Below, piece after piece: positions 1 to 12,200 of a stretch of 64,000 nucleotides of DNA. The translations under genes and the position numbers were made by a program. Position 1 is the stretch's first letter; the number at the start of each line of letters is the position of its first letter. The notes under the pieces are model-generated. The model did not search any database, was not told the DNA's origin, and saw only the letters and a program-made list of their open reading frames with translations. Where the stretch lies: IMG/VR virus record IMGVR_UViG_3300025872_000041, positions 32,001 to 96,000 of that record. One strand, given 5' to 3'. This DNA comes from a virus. Its lineage: Duplodnaviria > Caudoviricetes.

Positions 1-2
1 CT

Positions 3-2081
3 GGAAATGTGGGGATTGGTACTACTAGTCCTTATTCTAAACTTGAAATAACACCTTCAAGCGTAGCATGGGGAGAGGGTATTGTAATAAATCCAGCAAG
101 TGGATATTCTGCTGTTTTTTATAGACTAGAGGGAGCTCAAGGTAGTAATTATACTGGAACTTGGGCAGTAGGAAAAGCATTTTCTGGAGATGGTGGAGGA
201 GAGTTATTACAAGTAGTAAAAAATGGACTTACGGGAAGTGCTGCCTATAGAGTTGATGCTTCACAACAGTGGAAAACAAATGGTGATTCAATTTTTGGAT
301 TTAACGTAGGAATTGGTACTACAAGCCCCGGAAATAAATTGCACATAGTAGGGGCCGCTAATGGCTCAGATGCAGGTAATATTAGAATAGATTCTACAGA
401 TCAATATGGTGGTTTAGTTATCAATGAAAATACTACATTCAGAACTTTTTTAGGATACGGTAACGCTAATCATATATTTTCAAATGCTCAATCAGACAGC
501 ACCGCTTTAAGAGCAGCTAACTATCTACACTTAGGAGCAAGCTCAGTTGCAACTATAACCATAAATGCTTCTGATAATGTAGGTATTGGTACCACTAGTC
601 CTGCTTATAAGCTAGATGTTGCTACAGGTAATGATAATGCTATTAGAATTTTAAATAGCTCCGGTAGTAACAACAATGGTCTTGCTTTATCTGTAGGTAG
701 TGGCACTCCCTGGTTAGATTTTTACGGTGGTAGGTTTGATATTAAATACAACACCTCACCTGGTAGTTGGAATTCTGGAGCTAATACGTTTTTAAGCATT
801 TTATCATCTGGTAACGTAGGAATAGGTACTACTAATCCATATGAAAAACTTGAAGTGAGTGGAGCAATATCAGCAACGGGTTCTGTTGTTGGTTTATCTG
901 CACAAGGACATTCTACAACACTTGCAGTACAATCAGGAATCAGTTTCTTATATGCAGTTGACTGGGGAGCAGAATTTAAACCATTATCAGTACAAGCTAA
1001 AACTATAAGTTTAGAAACAGGAACTGGCTCAACAACTTCAAGATTATTTATTGATAATTTAGGAAATGTAGGTATTGGTACTATTAGTCCTGGTACAGCT
1101 TTAGCAGTAAACGGTGGTACTGCTGGTCAGGCTACAGTACATATTCAACACACAAGCGCTAGTGGATATTCTGGTATAGACTTTTATGAAAATACAGGAA
1201 CCCATGTTGGAAGTTTATGGCACGCTAATTCGGCAGGGGTAGGTAGTAACCAAAATGCTATGACTTTAGCCGCTAGAACTCCTGGCGATAAAGTTTATAT
1301 TGTAGCAGGGGGATATGATCCAGCAACTTCGGGGGGTATTACTATAGACGCAGGTAACGTAGGAATAGGCACAACAACACCTTCTACTAAATTAGACGTA
1401 AGTGGAGTTATTACAGCTACAGGCGGTAACAGTACTAACTGGAATACTGCGTATGGCTGGGGTAATCATAGTTCAGCAGGTTACGTTCCACAAGCAAGAA
1501 CGCTTACTATTAATGGAACTAGCTATGACTTAAGCGCAAATAGAAGCTGGACAATAGCAACAACAACTCCAGGAGGATCTGATACACAATTCCAATACAA
1601 CAGTTCTGGATCTTTAGCAGGAGCCTCTGCTTTGACTTACAACTCTACTACTAACAGAGTAGGTATTAACCAAGCTTCTCCAGGATATGACTTAGATGTA
1701 AACGGACAAGTAAGAGTACAAGATAAACTTAGAATAGGAACTGGTAACGGAGTAGTACACATGTCTTCTACGGCTACTATTAATCCTAGTGCTACTACTG
1801 TTGTATGGGCTCAAACCGTAAGCGTAGGTATGTGTGCCTTTATTGAGTACTATATTTTAAACAACAACTCACTTACAGACCAAAGAGCTGGTACAATCAT
1901 GGTTACCTGGAATCAATCAGGAACGCCTACAATCGCTCATACGGAAACAACTACCCCTGACATAGGGTCAACTACCTCTGTTAACTTTACAAGCTCTCTA
2001 GTGGGCTCAGATGCAAGAATTAACGCAGTCAACTCAAGTGCTAATCCTTACACGATAGTAATGAGTTATAAATATTTCTAA
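3..2081 (+). CDS. Tail fibre protein, 5'-truncated by the window edge
   Basis: Frame is open from the window start (GNVGIGTTSP at nt 3). It has multiple GNVGIGTT(S/N)P repeats, a Gly/Ser/Thr/Asn-rich composition and an NWNTAYGWGNH motif shared with downstream fibres. Confidence 0.85.
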   Translation, partial: GNVGIGTTSPYSKLEITPSSVAWGEGIVINPASGYSAVFYRLEGAQGSNYTGTWAVGKAFSGDGGGELLQVVKNGLTGSAAYRVDASQQWKTNGDSIFGFNVGIGTTSPGNKLHIVGAANGSDAGNIRIDSTDQYGGLVINENTTFRTFLGYGNANHIFSNAQSDSTALRAANYLHLGASSVATITINASDNVGIGTTSPAYKLDVATGNDNAIRILNSSGSNNNGLALSVGSGTPWLDFYGGRFDIKYNTSPGSWNSGANTFLSILSSGNVGIGTTNPYEKLEVSGAISATGSVVGLSAQGHSTTLAVQSGISFLYAVDWGAEFKPLSVQAKTISLETGTGSTTSRLFIDNLGNVGIGTISPGTALAVNGGTAGQATVHIQHTSASGYSGIDFYENTGTHVGSLWHANSAGVGSNQNAMTLAARTPGDKVYIVAGGYDPATSGGITIDAGNVGIGTTTPSTKLDVSGVITATGGNSTNWNTAYGWGNHSSAGYVPQARTLTINGTSYDLSANRSWTIATTTPGGSDTQFQYNSSGSLAGASALTYNSTTNRVGINQASPGYDLDVNGQVRVQDKLRIGTGNGVVHMSSTATINPSATTVVWAQTVSVGMCAFIEYYILNNNSLTDQRAGTIMVTWNQSGTPTIAHTETTTPDIGSTTSVNFTSSLVGSDARINAVNSSANPYTIVMSYKYF

Positions 2082-2088
2082 TACAAAC

Positions 2089-2110
2089 ATTGTTGGATAG
2101 TGAAAACAAT
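2089..2110 (+). promoter_or_regulatory. Leader hairpin ATTGTT-GGATAGTGAA-AACAAT just before the ATG at 2116
   Basis: Perfect 6-bp inverted repeat around a 10-nt purine-rich loop, ending 5 nt before the start codon. Function is inferred. Confidence 0.35.
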
Positions 2111-2115
2111 AAAAA

Positions 2116-2826
2116 ATGAAGCAAGCTACAATTTACAAAATCACAAACCCTAATGGAAAAGTTTACATAGGTAAAACTATGTGCTTGTCTAGTAGGACTT
2201 CTTGTTACAGAAACTGTAACTGTAAGAAGCAACCCTTAATTTACAATAGTATAAAAAAGTATGGTTGGGAAAACCATACTTTAGAAGTTTTAGAAACATG
2301 TAATCCCGACTTACTTTCTACTAAAGAAATTGAGTATATTACTTTGTTAAATACTTTCTACAAAAACAATCCTTTAGGTATGAACATGACTGCAGGTGGA
2401 GATGGTACTTTTGGTAGAGTAGATACAGAAGAAACTAAATTAAAAAGAAGTAGTCATCACTTAGGGCAGAAAAGATCAGAAGAAACAAAACAACTTATGA
2501 GTTTAGCAAAGAAAGGAAGGGCTCCAAAAAAGTCTAATTATGCTTGCTCTGAAGAAGCCAAGAAAAAAATATCAATAGCTAATAAAAATAAAATTAAACC
2601 TGATAGTTATAAATTAGCATGTTTAAACACTAGAGAAAAGAATCTATTAGAAAATCATGGTGGTATATTGCAAATTAATCCAGTAGATAATTCTGTAATA
2701 AAAGAGTGGGCAACTACCATAAAAAACATAGCTTCTACTTTAAATTATGATGATAGTCATATAGGAAAGTGTATTCGTGGAACTAAGAAGTTAGCATACG
2801 GATTTGTTTGGAAATATAAATACTAA
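2116..2826 (+). mobile_element. Free-standing GIY-YIG homing endonuclease with NUMOD3/NUMOD1-like DNA-binding region
   Basis: N-terminal TIYKITNPNGKVYIGKT (GIY-YIG), conserved E and N (KEIEYI...GMNMTAGGDG), basic SEETK-type repeats and C-terminal IGKCIRG...AYGFVWKY. Confidence 0.9.
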
Positions 2827-2829
2827 AAC

Positions 2830-5800
2830 ATGTCTAATGAATTTATCGTAAAAAACGGACTTATAGTAGGGGGTAACGTAGTTACCTCAGGGACTATTAC
2901 TATTAATGGTGCTCTTGCAGCTACTCAATCTTGGGTTACATCTCAAGCTTATTTAACTTCTGCTAGTTTAAGCGGATATGCTACTCAGTCTTATGTGACT
3001 AGTGCAATAGCTGCCTTAGTAGATGCAGCTCCTGCAGCATTAGATACGCTTAATGAACTTGCAGCAGCACTTGGAGATGACGCTAGCTTCTCTACTACTA
3101 TTACAAATAGTATAGCTAACAAGGTAGCTAAGTCTGGAGACACTATGACAGGTAGTCTATTGTTTGCAAATGTTACAGACAATGTAAGATTACAAAAAGG
3201 AAGTAGCTTTTTAAACTTACGTGATCCTTGGAATAATATACATTTATATAATGCAGGAGATGGAAATTACATAGATTCAAACATACACTATTGGAGATCA
3301 CAAAGTGCATCCTATTGGATGACTTTAAATAATGGAAATTTAGGTATTGGTACTGTCAGTCCTGTATCCCGTTTAGATGTTGATGGAATTATTTCTTCTA
3401 GGGGCATTTTTATTGCCCAGAACAGTGGAACATATAATGTAATATACAACGCTTCAAACAGTGTTACTATGTACTTGGGAGGATCTGGAGATCCAGCAAA
3501 CTACTATGATAATACAACACACAACTTTAGAAGTAGTGGTGGTGGAACTACTTACGCAGTAATTACTAATGGTGGCAACGTAGGAATAGGAACTACTGCT
3601 CCTACACATTTATTAAGCTTGAGTAGGGCTACACAAGCTGCCGCTTATCAATTAAATATAAATAACGTTGGCGGTATTAGTGATGGTAACTTTACGGGAA
3701 TCAGGTTTTCGCAAGATTTAGATGCCGCAACTGAACTTGGAAACATAAAACTTCATTATTACAGCACTGGAGCTACTGACTTATCATTTGGAACACGATA
3801 TTCTCCAACCGCTGTTTACATCCAAAGTGGAGGTAACGTAGGTATTGGAACTACAGCTCCTAATTATAAACTTGATGTAGCTGGTTCTATAAATATATAT
3901 AGCGGCAATAGTTTAAGATGGGGTAGTGGAGATGCTGAGATTATTAATAGTGGATATAATCTTTTATTTAAGACTTATAATGGGTCTGCACTTACTGAAA
4001 AAATGCGTATTACTCCAGGAGGATCTCTTCTACTAGGAGACGTAGCAGTTCCTGCTGAATCGGCATGGTATGGAACTGCTGTATTTGGTAAAAGCGGAAC
4101 TGATAAAGTTATAAGTGGTTATCTATCATCTAGTACTAACGGTGCTGTAATTGGAGGGCATAACTCAGGATTAGGTGCTTGGGCACCTTTTAATGTAGTT
4201 GGTTCAGAATTAAGATTTAGTATTCAAGAAAATAGAGCCGTAACAATTGATGCTGCTAGAAACGTAGGTGTTGGAACTTCTACTCCTTCTGAAAAATTTC
4301 ACGTTAGTGGTGCTGCTATATTTGATGGAGGATCAGGTAACTCTTCTACAGATGCTGTAGTTTACATAACTAAGTCAAATAATAATGACTGGGGATTATA
4401 TGTAAATGCTTCTGGTCTTGACTATGGTATGTATACTAGGGTATCTCCTTCTGCAGGATATGCTATTGGTGTAAATAATGGAACTAATTGGACTACTAGA
4501 ATTACTGGAGATGGTAGAGTTCACTTAAATAATAAAGACACAATAGCTTCATACGATTCTTGGCTTAGACTTAATCAATCTGGAGAATATGGTTCTGGTG
4601 TATACACTCCTGGTATTCTTAGAAACGATGGTGAATTTATTAACTATGGAGGTATTTACGGATACAATACAATAAGAGGAAGAAAGTCACAGACTAACAA
4701 TCTCTACACAAGTGCTGCTCTTTGGACAGAATCTTACGACAACACAACCACAGGTATAGCATTTCATATTAGTGGGGTAGTGGGTAAGTTCCTTGAGATG
4801 CGTACTAACGGTGTTCTTTATTGGGACAACCAAACTGTTATTCACTCAGGAAACATAGGGTCTCAAAACGTTAGTTATGCAAATAATGCAGGCTATGCAT
4901 CAGAATCTGGTCAAGTAACTAATCAAACAGGACAACTTCTTAGGTACGACAATAGAATTATCTCTCCTTCAGAAACTACTGCAGGTTATCTTCAGTTCGG
5001 ATTTACTTCTTGGAATAATGACGGAGGAGCCCCATATGCAGATTATTTGCATATGCGTTCTTACACCGATAGTTCTGGTGGAACAGACAATTTGGTCATG
5101 TTCAAGAAGTCAGGTATTGGAATGCGTATCTATCAGCAAACATTTGGATCTACTACTCCTTATGCTGATTATGTTGACGTATGGACAACTGCTAACTTCA
5201 CTTCAACTAACGTAAGTAACTGGAACACAGCCTTTGGGTGGGGAAATCACGCTTCTGCTGGCTATGCTACTACATCTTATGTAACTACCCAAATCAATAA
5301 CTTAATTAATGGAGCACCAGGAGCACTAGATACTCTAGATGAATTGGCTGCTGCATTAGGAGATGATTCAAACTTTGCTACTACAGTAACTAACAGTATT
5401 GCAGGTAAGGTATCTAAGTCTGGTGATACCATGACTGGTGCTCTTACTCTTAATGCTGGTCTGAATGCATATGCTTCGCCTATTTATGTTAACGAGATTA
5501 GATTTAGAGATACTGCTGGAAGTCCTCAAAGTGATCCTTACTCTATGCGTTGGATAAGTGAAGCTTCTGCTAGAGGTGCAGGTAACAGCTGGCTTGAATT
5601 CCAACTTAACGATGATAACAATGAAGAGATTAGAATTTATGGAAACTCTTGTGTAGGTTATGGTTGTGGTTCTGTTTCTGAAAACCTTTACCATGTATTT
5701 AGAGCAGATGGTTATGCATGGCATGCAGGTAATTTAGTAGTTGTTGGAACTATATCAGCTTCTGGTTACAATTCTGGAAACTGGGATACAGCATATGGTT

Positions 5801-6213
5801 GGGGTAATCATGCCTCAGCAGGATATGCGCTCAACTCTGCTTTAGCAAACTACTTACCCTTAAGTGGAGGATCAATTGGTGGAGCCTTGACTGTTAATGG
5901 AAATTTAACTGTTAATGGAACTATTACAGAAAACTCTTCTATTAAACTAAAAGAAAACGTAGAAACAAGTGAGGGAAATTTAGAAAAGGTAGTAAATTTG
6001 AGACCAGTCACTTACAATAAGATTGGGTCTGAAACTACTGAACTAGGTCTTATTGCAGAAGAAGTTGCTGAGGTGTACCCAGAATTTGTACAATATGATG
6101 AGAACGGAGAACCTATAGGGGTTCACTACTCTCGCTTAACTGCTGCTCTTATAGGTGCAGTAAAGGAATTAACTAATCAAGTCCAAGAATTAAACAAAAA
6201 GATAAATGGCTAA
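2830..6213 (+). CDS. Tail fibre with C-terminal peptidase S74 intramolecular chaperone
   Basis: Two APxALDTLxELAAALGDD repeats, GNVGIGT repeats, and C-terminal SSIKLKENV...LRPVTY...LGLIAEEV...AVKEL followed by a coiled coil. Confidence 0.88.
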   Translation: MSNEFIVKNGLIVGGNVVTSGTITINGALAATQSWVTSQAYLTSASLSGYATQSYVTSAIAALVDAAPAALDTLNELAAALGDDASFSTTITNSIANKVAKSGDTMTGSLLFANVTDNVRLQKGSSFLNLRDPWNNIHLYNAGDGNYIDSNIHYWRSQSASYWMTLNNGNLGIGTVSPVSRLDVDGIISSRGIFIAQNSGTYNVIYNASNSVTMYLGGSGDPANYYDNTTHNFRSSGGGTTYAVITNGGNVGIGTTAPTHLLSLSRATQAAAYQLNINNVGGISDGNFTGIRFSQDLDAATELGNIKLHYYSTGATDLSFGTRYSPTAVYIQSGGNVGIGTTAPNYKLDVAGSINIYSGNSLRWGSGDAEIINSGYNLLFKTYNGSALTEKMRITPGGSLLLGDVAVPAESAWYGTAVFGKSGTDKVISGYLSSSTNGAVIGGHNSGLGAWAPFNVVGSELRFSIQENRAVTIDAARNVGVGTSTPSEKFHVSGAAIFDGGSGNSSTDAVVYITKSNNNDWGLYVNASGLDYGMYTRVSPSAGYAIGVNNGTNWTTRITGDGRVHLNNKDTIASYDSWLRLNQSGEYGSGVYTPGILRNDGEFINYGGIYGYNTIRGRKSQTNNLYTSAALWTESYDNTTTGIAFHISGVVGKFLEMRTNGVLYWDNQTVIHSGNIGSQNVSYANNAGYASESGQVTNQTGQLLRYDNRIISPSETTAGYLQFGFTSWNNDGGAPYADYLHMRSYTDSSGGTDNLVMFKKSGIGMRIYQQTFGSTTPYADYVDVWTTANFTSTNVSNWNTAFGWGNHASAGYATTSYVTTQINNLINGAPGALDTLDELAAALGDDSNFATTVTNSIAGKVSKSGDTMTGALTLNAGLNAYASPIYVNEIRFRDTAGSPQSDPYSMRWISEASARGAGNSWLEFQLNDDNNEEIRIYGNSCVGYGCGSVSENLYHVFRADGYAWHAGNLVVVGTISASGYNSGNWDTAYGWGNHASAGYALNSALANYLPLSGGSIGGALTVNGNLTVNGTITENSSIKLKENVETSEGNLEKVVNLRPVTYNKIGSETTELGLIAEEVAEVYPEFVQYDENGEPIGVHYSRLTAALIGAVKELTNQVQELNKKING

Positions 6214-9200
6214 TTTATTATCCAATACCACAATAGGCGGTTACCAGTCTATACACACAGGTAACATCGGGAGTTATGCTTTAACCAGTCTTCCGTCTCA
6301 TAACCATGACGATAGGTATTTTACTGAGACTGAATCTGATGGAAGATTCCAACCCTTAGAAAACCAAAGAGTATCTACTTCAAGTACTGTAAGATTCTCA
6401 AATACTTATACTACTGCATGGTTTAGAAATGACAACTCTAACACAGGTCTGTATAATGAAAGTACTACAATGCATTGGTCATCACAAGCAAATGGTTATT
6501 GGGATGCATCATCTACGACTGGTTTATCCGCAATTAGATTCTACACAGGAGGTCATGTAAGTGCATTGAGAGGTTATCTTTATGCTAACTCATCAAATGA
6601 AATTGGTTTCTTAAACTCAGCAGGTAACTGGGGACTAAGAATGGACAACAGTTACAATGTTCAAGTATATGGAGCACTAACCGTAGGTAGTGGTACATCG
6701 GCTGATATTTATATGACAGATACGGATGAGACTACTAGACGTATACACACAAACAGCGGTAGAATAGGATTTCTAAATTCTTCTAGTAACTGGGGAGCTT
6801 ATTGTGATAATACTGGTAATTGGTTTAGTGATCATTCTATGCGTGCTCCTATTTTTTATGACTCTCAGGATACTAGTTATTATTTAGATCCTAATGGTAA
6901 TTCACGTGTAGTAAACATTGAAGCAGTAGGGTTTGTTGGTTTTAATGGTAACCAAACAAGAGATAAGTTAAGAGTTTGGGATAGTGGTACTTATACTATT
7001 GGTATGAAAAATGGCTATGATTATGGTCATTTGGGTACTGATGAGTATGCTATGTCATTTCAAATGAATAACAATAGTGGTAGAGGATTCTGGTGGGGGG
7101 ATGAAGCACATAATGATAATCAAGGTGCAGCATCTCTTACAACAGATGGTAGAATGGTTATTGCAAAATCTCTTTCAATTGGTGAAGGAGAGGCTGTAGT
7201 TTCTCCAAGTTCTGTACCATTATATGTTACTGGTACAACTAGTGGTTTAGATGTATTAGCAGTAGACGGAGTAAATGGACGTTTATTTACAGTAACAGAT
7301 GACTTAAGTGACTCTTTGTTTTCAGTAAATACAATTGCAGGTCTTCCTGTAATTGAGGCTTTTGCTGACAATAGAGTTAATATTGGTAAATACGGATCTA
7401 ACTCTATTACAATTTCAGATAGTAAAATTGCTATCAATAGTGATACAGTAGATGCAAACTTCCCATTCTATGTAGGAGACAGAAGTGTAGCAGGTTCTAG
7501 ATACTCTTTGACTAATAAGGGTATGGGCTTTAACCTAGCCGATAACTACGCTCAGCTACAATTATTTGGAGGAAACGGATCTTACATTGATTTTGTAACT
7601 TCTACTGGTCAAGATAGTGGAGGAAGAATTATGTGGAATAGTAGTAATTACTTTATTGTAAGTGGTGATATGTACTTCAATAATACATTGTATACATACA
7701 CTCTGGTCGACCGTGATAATAATAACTACTACCTAAATATGGATGGTACCTCTAGACTGGGTACATTGAATATCAACCAGTTAAGTGTTTACGGAAACAC
7801 TTACTTGGGAGATGGTAACGGAGATGAAGTTCACATCAATGACATTCTTAGAGTAGGAGCAACTGATTCAGGTGATGCACACTTCTACTTTGGTGAAGGT
7901 TCTCAAGCAGGTTCTGATTATGGTTTACATTGGTATTGGGATTCAGGTTACACCTTTACTTGGAATACAAGGAATGCTGGTACAGATACTGCTTTGTTTA
8001 ACTACGTTACAAATGATACTACCTATGTAAACTGGTCTAGGAATTTTAACATGCAGAATCGTGAGGTTAACTACGTTAGTCAACTTCACTTTAATGCGGG
8101 TACTAGATTTATTAATAATGGATCTAACTATTTAAATTTTCAAGTAAATTCAGATAGTTACGGCTCAATTCAAGTTAGAGATCAAAATAGTGTATTAAAA
8201 GGGCATTTAGGTTACTTTGATGCTAATGGATTTGGACTTCTAAACTCTTCAGGTTCTTGGGGTATTAGATTAAATCCTGGTAATGGAGATACTCTTTTAT
8301 ATTCTGGGGGAAACTGGAAATTAACAACTATTTCTGCAGGCATATCAGTTAATGGTAATGTTTATACAAACCAAAACTTTGGAGACGGTTTAGTAGGTGT
8401 TTATTCTTCTACTAGATACCAAGGTGTATTTGCAATGGGTGATGCATACAAGTTAGCTACTGATGGAACTTCTACTGGGTCTCTTTATGGTATAGCATGG
8501 ACACATACAAACGTAGGAGGACAATCTAAACCTGGATTAGATCACCAAGCGTTGTTTGTGACTAATGGTAATACTCAAACAGCTATTGGTACAGGTATCT
8601 GGACTGCAGGACTTATTACTACAACTTCTTATGGAACATCTGCTAACTGGATAGCCGCTTACAACTGGGGAAATCATGCTAGTGCGGGATACTTAACAGG
8701 AATAACATCAGGACAAGTAACAGGTGCTTTAGGGTATACTCCTTACAACTCTAGTAATCCTAATGGATATATTACAGGTTATACAGAAACCAATACTTTT
8801 TTAGGTGATGGAGGTGCTGCAGATACACATCCTGGAACAGACAGAATAATATTTACAGGACAAATTAGTACAGGAGCTGCTCTTTTAGGTATGCCTGCTA
8901 CTGATAATTCTAATGCTATTTTAAATATTAACAGACATCCTGGAGAATACAATAGTCAATTAGGATTCAGTTCTAATGGAAGTATGTATTATAGGAGTTT
9001 TAGTGCAACTGCTATAAATAATTCTCAGGCTTGGAGACAAGTTTGGGATTCGGGTAATCTAACTAATTTAAATCAACTTTCTAATGGTCCAGGCTATGTT
9101 ACTTCTTCTGCCTTAAGTTCTTATGTACCTCTGTCTGGAACTACATTAACGGAAGGAAACTATTTCTACTTTAGAAGTAATAGAGGATCTTACTTGGGAG

Positions 9201-12200
9201 GACTAGACAGTCCTAGTCTTCAAGCATATGCTACAGGTGGTAATGCTGCGTTTATGTCATTCCATAGAGCAGGAAACTATGCTGTAAACTTTGGTTTAGA
9301 TTCTGATAACATAATGCGTATTGGTGGATGGTCTGCTTCTGCAGATCGTTGGGTACTGGATATGAGTGGTAACAATACTGTTGCTGGTTCATTCCGTGCT
9401 CCTATCTTTTATGATTCAAATGATACTAACTACTATCTTGACCCTAATAGTAACTCTAACCTTACTAATTTAAGTATTGTAGGATACCAATCTATTGGAG
9501 GTACCACATCTAATGGACAAAGTAACTTTCAGTGGGATGGAGCAACTTATCAGAATCCTAATCAATGGACTGCCCGTCTTATTCTTAGAAGAGATAACGC
9601 TTCTACAGGAGTAAATGGTTCTATTCCATCTTTAGTAATATTCAACAATAACGGAGGAGATCAAACTACTGCAAGTATGGTATTTGCTTCCAATGAATGT
9701 GTTGTAGGAAGTAACTCAGTAAATTTAGCAGGTATTGTAGCTAAGAAAGAAAGCGTTGGAAACTGCGGAGGATGGTCTTCAGGTTCTTTAAATTTCTTTG
9801 TAAAGAATTTTGCTACTAGAATAGACTCCTTAGCATTGACTCCAGACGGTAATGCAACCTTTAGTGGACTTATATATTCTACTGGATACGGTAACTCTAG
9901 TCAGTGGAATACCGCATTTGGGTGGGGTAACCATGCATCTGCTGGATACCTTACTTCTCTACCTTCGCATAATCACGATGATAGATACTATACAGAAAGT
10001 GAATCAGATGGTAGATATGCATACAAAGCTGGTGCAGCTGGTCAAGATTTCAGCGCTGATAAACTTAGTTCTTATCATTTAAGAAATCATTATGGTGTAA
10101 GTACTAATCATTCTTATGGAATGTACTTTGATAATGATCTATCTCCTGCATATGGAATATATAGAGAAAGTGGATCATGGGATCATCCTTATCCTGATTT
10201 AAGAATTGCATTTCATACAGGAATTAAATTAGGAGCAAATTCCGGCTATCAAGGTATAAAATTTTATACTGACTATGACATGGTTACACAAGTCATGTCT
10301 GTTAATAATGGAAGTGATCCACTTGGGGCAGGTAATGTATATGTTAACAATAGCTTACAGGCTGGAAGTTCATTAAGAGCACCTATTTTTTATGACTCTA
10401 ATGATACTGGTTATTATCTAGATCCTAACAGTAATTCTGTACTGAATGGTGTAGGTACATATAAAATCTGGAATCATAGTCTTGGATCAAACTATTATTT
10501 TGCAAATGGGGATTGGGGTTTTAGACATACCACTCCTTCTGGTTGGATTCAGTTTGGCCCTGCAAATAGTTCTCATGCTCACATTTACACAGATAGACCT
10601 AACTTCTATTTTAATGCAGATCTTTTAGTAAATGGTGCTACTGTAATTACATCATCTAGTATAGGTTCTCAAAGTGTTTCATACGCAACCACTGCAGGTA
10701 GTTTAACAAGCATGAACATTTCCCAGTTTACTAATAATAGTGGATACATAACTGGTATTTCATTTGCGAATGTTTCATCTAAGCCAACTACAATTAGTGG
10801 TTATGGAATTACAGATGCAATTACTACTGCTAATATAGGAAGCCAATCAGTAAGTTACGCAACTACTGCAGGTACAGCAAATGCAGTAGCGTGGGGTAAT
10901 GTATCAAGTAAACCGTCTTTACTTATGTATTATCAAGGATTTACTCTTGATGCAAATACAATGGATGGTAACTCAACTGGATTTACATATTCAGTAAATG
11001 CTCCTTATACAGGACCTATTGCTAGATTCAGTGAGACAGGATATTCACTTCAACTTAACGCTGCCTATAGTGGTAGTGGAACAGGTATTGCCTTTAGAAC
11101 AAGAAATGGCGATGCTGGTTCATTTAACCCTTGGAGAGTACTACTTAACGATGCAAACTATACAGCTTACTCCCCTTCTCTTACAGGATCAGGTGCTTCA
11201 GGTACTTGGGGAATCAATGTTACAGGTAGTGCAGGATCAGTAGCATGGACTAACGTAAGTTCTCGTCCTACTGCCTTGTCTCAGTTCTCCAATGATCTAG
11301 GCAACTATGGTGGATTCTTGACTTCATTGGGATTTAGCTACTCAACTGGGGTAACTGGAAACCATGTTGTTCAACGTGATTCTAATGGTTACATATACGC
11401 TAACCATGTAAATTTCAATACATCTGAGACTGAGAACCCAACAATTAGTAGTTTTATTACTTCTAATGGTGATGGTTGGTCTAGAAAATCAAGTATTGCT
11501 CACGTAAGAAATCAACTTGGAAATTATGGTGGTTGGTTAACCACTTCAGGTAAGGCTGCGGACTCAGAATTATTTGATGGAACTGATTCAATATACTTCG
11601 TTAAAGGTAACGGTGTAAATACACTTGGATATAGAACAACTGGTAATAGTGGTGCTAATTCTGCTGGAGGATTATCTTCTGGGTTCTACGATGGAAGTGG
11701 TATGTCAAATATGCCAACAAGTGATTGGTACCATTTGATTGTAAATGCTCACCATAATAGTTCAACAAGTAACCAATATGAGTTCCATATAGCAACTGCT
11801 TTCTGGAATAAATCAGACTTCTTTGTTAGAAGTATTAGTCCTGGAGATGTAGGACCTTGGAGAACACTTGTACATAATGGAAATATAGGTAGTCAATCAG
11901 TAAGTTATGCTTCTACAGCAGGAAGTGCTACTACTGCAGGAAGTGCAACAATGGCACAACAACTTAGTAAGTTTGGTGACATCTATGGACAAGACTGGAA
12001 TAGTTACTACGTAAGTGGTAAGTTAATTGTATCTAACGCACTAGGACACAGTGGAGCTAACAGACCTAACCTTACCTACGATTACGGTGTAGCTTTATCT
12101 TACGGAGAAACTGGTGGTCCATTATTGCAAATGTACTTCCCAGAAAACTCAGGTAACATTGGTACTATTTTTAGAAAAGGTACTTATAGAACTGGTTGGA

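Noticed and set aside
2082-2829. Group I intron around the GIY-YIG gene
   Set aside because: Only 34 nt and 3 nt of flanking non-coding sequence, too little for a ribozyme core, and the neighbouring genes look complete.
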